From IMG/VR virus record IMGVR_UViG_3300024299_000010, positions 7,276 through 71,275 of that record: 64,000 nt of DNA; one strand, written 5' to 3'. Below are positions 58,865-64,000 of this stretch, in pieces (position 1 is the first letter of the stretch; each line of letters opens with the position of its first letter). Both the position numbers and the translations under genes were made by a program. Origin of the DNA: a virus. The notes under the pieces are model-generated. The model did not search any database. It had not been told where the DNA came from and worked only from the letters and a program-made list of their open reading frames with translations.

Positions 58865-60022
58865 TCATAATATCTCCAACTCCTTTAATTGAGCGACTAC
58901 TTTGTTGATAATATTCTTCCTATCTAATGTCAATCCACTAGGTTTATGAATACGTGTCTTCTCTTTACGAATACCATACAATAATATCCGAAACAGATCC
59001 TCTGCATACCAATACCTAGATATCAACTTCCTCATACCAGCAGGAATTAAAGCAGCAGATACATTCGAATATCTGTTATCCAGCACATCATCCTTATAAT
59101 CTTCAACTTTACCCATATCCTGTGCAACTTTAAAAATGATAGAACCAGTTAATGCTGATATGAATTGAATATATCTTGCATCCTTACTTTGAAATGCCAT
59201 AACCTTTGCCATGCTTCTCTTGTTGTTCAAGATACTAATAATAGCAACATTAAGATGTTTATAAGCAGTGCTAGAAATCAACTCATAGAAATCATTAGAT
59301 TTATCACCACTCTTATCCATAATAGTAACGGTGAACATATTATCAGTCAATTTATATACTTGACCAGACTCAGTATAAATCACGATACCTTCAATGAAAT
59401 TACCAGCAAGAAATGCATGAGCAGGTTTCAATGTAAACACTGATAACATTTCTGCCGCAAAATCTTTACCACTAATAACATCAGGGTTCTCTACTAGTTT
59501 ATTAATCAAATCTTTTTGTTTGGTATTCAATAGTCCAGAATGAATAACAGGTGGTGGTGTGATTTCAAGTATATCAGAAACCTTATCATATAAAGGATCA
59601 TTAAGAGGTAATGATTTACCACCAAGTTTAATCCAAGAAATAATCATACCATTCCTTGGTGGTGTATCCCATTTAATGATTGTGCTGATCTTGGGGTTAT
59701 AGATTTCTGTTGCAATAATAATATCGTTTGGAAGTTTTGACCAATCAGTTGTTTCAAGGTGTGCAATAAACGTTTCACGTATATCAGAACCTGCTCTAAC
59801 AATTTTGTCAATCTCTTGTTTCATTTCTCTATTGTAGTACTTCAATCCAGTAGATTCTTTTTTAACAATCATACTAGAGGTATCAATTTTCAGATTGATA
59901 TACACTTTATTATTCAGTATATCATCAAGAAATGCTTGACCTTTTTTATTGAATACCTTGAATAAATGATCAAGTTCTAATAGTAAAAACTTCTCTGTCA
60001 CATATGTTTTAAATGATTTCAT
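58865..60022 (-). CDS. ATP-dependent RNA-ligase-like protein with CTS
   Basis: NLKIDT (KxD motif I), ATEI (III), EGIVI (IV), YKL (V); starts MKSFKTYVTE. Confidence 0.55.
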   Translation of the reverse strand: MKSFKTYVTEKFLLLELDHLFKVFNKKGQAFLDDILNNKVYINLKIDTSSMIVKKESTGLKYYNREMKQEIDKIVRAGSDIRETFIAHLETTDWSKLPNDIIIATEIYNPKISTIIKWDTPPRNGMIISWIKLGGKSLPLNDPLYDKVSDILEITPPPVIHSGLLNTKQKDLINKLVENPDVISGKDFAAEMLSVFTLKPAHAFLAGNFIEGIVIYTESGQVYKLTDNMFTVTIMDKSGDKSNDFYELISSTAYKHLNVAIISILNNKRSMAKVMAFQSKDARYIQFISALTGSIIFKVAQDMGKVEDYKDDVLDNRYSNVSAALIPAGMRKLISRYWYAEDLFRILLYGIRKEKTRIHKPSGLTLDRKNIINKVVAQLKELEIL

Positions 60023-60027
60023 TATTA

Positions 60028-60486
60028 CTACCCCTCGAATATTCCATAAGTTGATATGCCATCTTCCTTAATACTAACAGCATCATAACCAAATACTTTT
60101 AAGAATCTTACAATAGACTCTTTTGATTTATTGTCTTTCCAATACTCCATAGTTTTAAGTTCGTTATTTCCAAAGAAATCTTTAAAGACTTTCATTTCAG
60201 ATCTTGCAACATCCATATCAAGTTTTGATCGGTCAGCACCCTTGATAGCCATACCGGCTAAAGAAGTCGGATTAAGTTTGAAACTGTCGTGGGATAAATT
60301 CAAGACACTTTTCAAGTTGAATGTCTTGGAATCCACTTTACCATTTTCTCTTGCTTTAGCGTAACCAGTAGCCAATTCTTTATCAGTTGACCACCATGTC
60401 ATAAACTTTGTGTCTGACCCTTTACCATGACCTCTATAAAGTGTCACCTTGGTACTTTCTGTCACAAATGTTTTAAATGATTTCAT
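60028..60486 (-). CDS. ADP-ribosyltransferase-like protein with CTS
   Basis: LYRGH...WWSTDKELATGYA...GYDAV..KEDG; starts MKSFKTFVTE. Confidence 0.55.
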   Translation of the reverse strand: MKSFKTFVTESTKVTLYRGHGKGSDTKFMTWWSTDKELATGYAKARENGKVDSKTFNLKSVLNLSHDSFKLNPTSLAGMAIKGADRSKLDMDVARSEMKVFKDFFGNNELKTMEYWKDNKSKESIVRFLKVFGYDAVSIKEDGISTYGIFEG

Positions 60487-61070
60487 GATAGGATTCCGTA
60501 TGTAATGACACCATCTTCCTTTGCCAACAGTGCAGTGATTCCCATCTCTTTAAGATATGCTATAACCTTTTCACTACCGACTTTATGTAAGAACTTGGGG
60601 AGTGCATTAGTTGCAGATCCTCCACCGAAATGATATACAGCAGCATCATATAATTCTTGTGCTTTCTTACTTTTAGTCTTCTTCACCGCATCCAATATAT
60701 CTTTCACTGTTCCTGTGCGATTGATCTCTCCTATGTCTGCAATTTTATGAGACTTCGGGTTGAACTTCATCTCAGAAACTTCCTCACCATATTCCGATGC
60801 CAACTCTTTATCAGGGGAAATCCAAGTGATCCCTTTGTGATTTGGTTTATTGGGATTAGCACCCTTTGCATGTCCTCTATAGAATTTCTGTTCAGAGAGG
60901 TCTTGGTATTTAAGAAGATTCGATTTATATGACATTGCCTGAGATCCAGTGGTTGAAGTATTAGTCCACTTTGGGAATAACTTTTCCATCTCACCAGATA
61001 ATCTTGCACCCATTTCTGCACCAGATTCTTCAGCAAGAACTTCGTTTATAAACTCTTTATAATTTTTCAT
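60483..61070 (-). CDS. ADP-ribosyltransferase-like protein with CTS (paralog)
   Basis: FYRGH...WISPDKELASEYG...KEDGVITYGI; starts MKNYKEFINE. Confidence 0.55.
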   Translation of the reverse strand: MKNYKEFINEVLAEESGAEMGARLSGEMEKLFPKWTNTSTTGSQAMSYKSNLLKYQDLSEQKFYRGHAKGANPNKPNHKGITWISPDKELASEYGEEVSEMKFNPKSHKIADIGEINRTGTVKDILDAVKKTKSKKAQELYDAAVYHFGGGSATNALPKFLHKVGSEKVIAYLKEMGITALLAKEDGVITYGILS

Positions 61071-62068
61071 TTTATTGACCCTCTTGCATCGTTCTTCATT
61101 TTAGTTATAATAGTATCAACTTGTTTCATTGTTTTCTTACGAAATGATAACAATATATCTAGAGTTTCTTCAGACTCTGCTAAAGAGTGTATATGCCTGT
61201 ACTCAGTATCAAATGCATAACTACCTCGTCTAACACCAAGATCATTTAATGACCAAAATGGTGTTCTCATTATTACAGTTCTAAAGATTCTTAAGAAACC
61301 ATCTTTAACAGGGATTAAGTAAGTGTCTGTATTCCAATTCTCACCTTTAAGTTCTTTCTCAATTGCCAATTTAAAGTCTGCTCGTGTCATCTTACCAGAA
61401 ACTCCTGAAGCAATCTTTTTCATCTTAGCTAAAGGAAATGATTTCTTTGGATCAGATAGTAGGATGTGATCATTTTTCTGATCCCAATCTCTTTGTGCCA
61501 TTTTCTGTTTCTTGCGATTAGCATAACCAAACGCAGTAACTTGAATGGTGTATGATATTGTTTCAGAGTTAGAAAGTCCGCCTTTCTCTTGCCGACCGAA
61601 TAGGTACGCAAGGGCATCAAAGTCAAATGCTATCTTACCATCAGCAGTTTCAAATCTAACTTGGATACCAGCATGGGATGGTGCGTAATCTCCTACACCA
61701 TCCATAACTTTAACAATAGCATTAAAGTCATGACCTAAGTGTTGTTTAAAGTAGTCTTTAAATGCCTGTACATCAAACTTACCAGAGATATCAGCAGCAA
61801 TGTCTTTTGCTTTTGCTTGCCATCTAGCTTTGTTTTCGGCTTTATTATATGTATCAGTGCCACCTTTAGTTTCACCCTTTAGGGTTTTCCATGCAGCATT
61901 GACTTTCTTCATAACCTCAACATCACCACCTTTGTCAGGGTGATGAATCATAGACATCTTTTTGTACGCTAGTTTGACATCAGCTGCACTGTAGTCACCA
62001 GTCAGACTAAACAATACTTCTGATTCTTGTTTAGTTAGTTCTGTTAGAAATGATTTAAACGATTTCAT
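61067..62068 (-). CDS. J-domain (DnaJ-like) protein with CTS
   Basis: VKLAYKKMSMIHHPDKGGD..VMKKVNAAW with intact HPD; likely start MKSFKSFLTE at 62068. Confidence 0.8.
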   Translation of the reverse strand: MKSFKSFLTELTKQESEVLFSLTGDYSAADVKLAYKKMSMIHHPDKGGDVEVMKKVNAAWKTLKGETKGGTDTYNKAENKARWQAKAKDIAADISGKFDVQAFKDYFKQHLGHDFNAIVKVMDGVGDYAPSHAGIQVRFETADGKIAFDFDALAYLFGRQEKGGLSNSETISYTIQVTAFGYANRKKQKMAQRDWDQKNDHILLSDPKKSFPLAKMKKIASGVSGKMTRADFKLAIEKELKGENWNTDTYLIPVKDGFLRIFRTVIMRTPFWSLNDLGVRRGSYAFDTEYRHIHSLAESEETLDILLSFRKKTMKQVDTIITKMKNDARGSIK

Positions 62069-62069
62069 G

Positions 62070-62921
62070 TTATTTAATCTCCGTAGGTAGGGGATATCCT
62101 TTATGTTCAATATCAGTTTTAATCAATGCAATGATATCAGTTTTATGTGCTTTCCATAAGAACTTTGGTGAGGACATTGCTTTCCAAATATCAGACCAAG
62201 TTAGAATATCTGCTGCTTTAAATGTTGGTCCCAATAAAACATCAATAACAGATTGTGGATCTTTAGCAATAAATTGTCTTGAAACTTCTTTACCATTCTT
62301 TAAAATCTTATCTTTCTTACCTTTCTTGCTGAATGATACATCATGTAAACCAGAAGCAAAATGTAAAAGTTTACGTTTCCACTCAATATCATTTCCTGAT
62401 CTTCCCGCAAAATGTGATATTGCTGATAAAGCAGAGTTACGATATAATCCTTTGAAATTGCTTTCCCATTCAGCAGGAGAATAAAATATCCATTCAGACC
62501 ATGATAAATTATCAGATAACATTAGATCAACTTGAACTCTATCACCTTCTTGTAACCCATCAATGTTCACGATAGGGTACGCAAGCGATACAATGCCTAT
62601 ACTAGAGAGGTCACGAACCGAATCAGAGACTTTACCAGCAGCACTAAGGACACCCCTGAAAATCGCTTTAGGATCGTTTGTCTTGAACTTCTTACCAAGT
62701 GATTCGATAAACACAGCCATATCAATATCACCAGAATGTCCACCAGGTTTCTTCTTTCCTGTAGAACCTAATAGTCTAATATCATCAGTAGTTAAACCTA
62801 ACAACGGTAATAGTTTTTTATAGATATCTGCCATTGTGGCAGCAACATTTTCTTGATTGATATGTGTAACGTTCTCAACGGCATTACCGCCTTCAACGAT
62901 AAATTGTTTAAATGTAATCAT
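62070..62921 (-). CDS. Pol-beta superfamily nucleotidyltransferase with CTS
   Basis: LLGSTGKK...SGDIDMAV...VQVDLM (GS, DxD, third Asp); starts MITFKQFIVEGGN. Confidence 0.75.
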   Translation of the reverse strand: MITFKQFIVEGGNAVENVTHINQENVAATMADIYKKLLPLLGLTTDDIRLLGSTGKKKPGGHSGDIDMAVFIESLGKKFKTNDPKAIFRGVLSAAGKVSDSVRDLSSIGIVSLAYPIVNIDGLQEGDRVQVDLMLSDNLSWSEWIFYSPAEWESNFKGLYRNSALSAISHFAGRSGNDIEWKRKLLHFASGLHDVSFSKKGKKDKILKNGKEVSRQFIAKDPQSVIDVLLGPTFKAADILTWSDIWKAMSSPKFLWKAHKTDIIALIKTDIEHKGYPLPTEIK

Positions 62922-62955
62922 AGTTAATAGTCCATATTATTGCTAATGTTTATTG

Positions 62956-62963
62956 TATTTATA
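62956..62963 (-). promoter_or_regulatory. T4-type late promoter heading the CTS gene operon
   Basis: TATAAATA 35 nt upstream of the 62921 start. Confidence 0.7.
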
Positions 62964-62996
62964 TATAAAAGTATCTTGAAATAAAAGAGAATTGAT

Positions 62997-63323
62997 ATGA
63001 AATTACCAGAAATAAATGAGGTATACAATGCCCTGAAATCCTCAGCAAAGAAGAGAGGCATTGTATTTACACTTGAAAAGTCTGATATGTATGACTTGGA
63101 TTATCCGTTAACCTGTCCAGCGTTAGGGATACCATTAGCATTTAATAAAGGACAATCGCAAGATAATTCTTACTCTTGGGATCGGATTGATAGTTCACGG
63201 GGGTATGAAGCAGATAACTTAGTGATAATTTCCAATAGAGCAAATCGAATAAAGAATGATGCTACCCTAGAGGAACTAAAACTAATTGTTGCTTTTTATG
63301 AGAACCTTATTGATTCACTATAG
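62997..63323 (+). CDS. HNH-like endonuclease
   Basis: CPALG...SWDRIDSSRGY...NLVIIS.RAN..KN. Confidence 0.7.
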   Translation: MKLPEINEVYNALKSSAKKRGIVFTLEKSDMYDLDYPLTCPALGIPLAFNKGQSQDNSYSWDRIDSSRGYEADNLVIISNRANRIKNDATLEELKLIVAFYENLIDSL

Positions 63324-63627
63324 TATTGTGTGGTTTAAATAATCCACTATAAAAAATTTCATATTCTTCTATTTGTGCTTCCATTTCAGAAAGTTTATTT
63401 ATATAATTACCTTCCATATAAGTTGCGACCATAGAATTCACTAAACGTCTTGATAACCCAAAATCTTCTTTTAGGTTATCCGCAATTTCTTTCATCAACT
63501 CTTTTTCTGAATCCATCCGAGTTTTACAGTCGGATAATTCTTTTAATGCACCTCTAATTTTATCCTGATCCTTTGGGTTAGATGGTAGTAAAGCAATATC
63601 TTTTTGGTTCATTATTTCTTGACTCAT
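63307..63627 (-). CDS. T4 DsbA-like dsDNA-binding protein
   Basis: ALKELSDCKTRMDSEKELMKEI...KEDFGL...VN.M..TY pattern. Confidence 0.65.
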   Translation of the reverse strand: MSQEIMNQKDIALLPSNPKDQDKIRGALKELSDCKTRMDSEKELMKEIADNLKEDFGLSRRLVNSMVATYMEGNYINKLSEMEAQIEEYEIFYSGLFKPHNTIVNQ

Positions 63628-63644
63628 TATATATTTCCTATTTA

Positions 63645-63944
63645 TTAACAGTAGATAAAAGCGTTATTGTAACAAGTTTTTTCTATATCTGAAACAACGG
63701 CAGGTCTAGTATAATCTTTAGTGTAGTATTTTGGATTAACCATCTTAGTCCATTGAGATGTCATTAGGTTAATACTATAATCGATTAGATCTTCTTCGAT
63801 TTTCAGTTCAAGATAGATTTGCTCTATACATCTTTCAAGTTTTCCTGAAACTTGTTCAAGGGTTACACTTGGATCATTCATAGCATCTAAACGGACATTA
63901 GAGATAGCATCTAACATTTCTTGGTATTCTTCTAATTTGTTCAT
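63645..63944 (-). CDS. Hypothetical early protein
   Basis: Preceded by the early cassette TTGACA(63999)-N17-TATAAT(63971)-TAGTCTTACT and an AGGA RBS. Confidence 0.6.
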   Translation of the reverse strand: MNKLEEYQEMLDAISNVRLDAMNDPSVTLEQVSGKLERCIEQIYLELKIEEDLIDYSINLMTSQWTKMVNPKYYTKDYTRPAVVSDIEKTCYNNAFIYC

Positions 63945-64000
63945 ATTGTATTTCCTAAAAAGTAAGACTAATTATAACTTAGTTTGTTCTCAATGTCAAC

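Noticed and set aside
331-62823. Many short opposite-strand or nested ORFs in the track (e.g. 331..516, 5801..6154, 16266..16631, 24978..25826, 48819..49232, 62131..62484)
   Set aside because: They are antisense shadows of well-supported genes, with no RBS, promoter or recognisable motifs.
1-64000. Stop-codon reassignment
   Set aside because: Core genes are full length in the standard code and end in TAA, TAG or TGA at the expected positions.

Overview
This is a 64 kb AT-rich segment of a large T4-like myophage genome; the spanin pair implies a Gram-negative host. 1-27 kb is a late structural block: two paralogous beta-propeller fibre genes, a split VrlC/DUF4815-like gene, gp8/7/6/25/PAAR/5/27-like/53/48, then gp4/2/54/26/51 and the tape measure. 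27-43 kb carries gp32/59/33, an endolysin, ClpP-like, FeoA, GroES, exonuclease, PhoH, RNase H, NrdAB, spanins and two related homing endonucleases. 43-64 kb holds head-associated genes, early-promoter cassettes including ArdA, and a long run of genes whose products begin with a T4 capsid-targeting-like sequence (MKSFKTFVTE type). The leading candidate for a new system is this apparently capsid-packaged enzyme payload: Pol-beta nucleotidyltransferase, J-domain protein, two ART-like proteins, an RNA-ligase-like protein, HIGH-family transferases, a PD-(D/E)xK nuclease and a P-loop kinase. Also notable are a probable programmed -1 frameshift joining gp26 to gp51, a covarying RNA stem-loop in both homing endonuclease leaders, a duplicated and reciprocally decayed spanin locus, and a repeated antisense promoter element. 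All family calls come from motif recognition by eye; no database searches were run. No tRNA, rRNA or CRISPR array was recognised.
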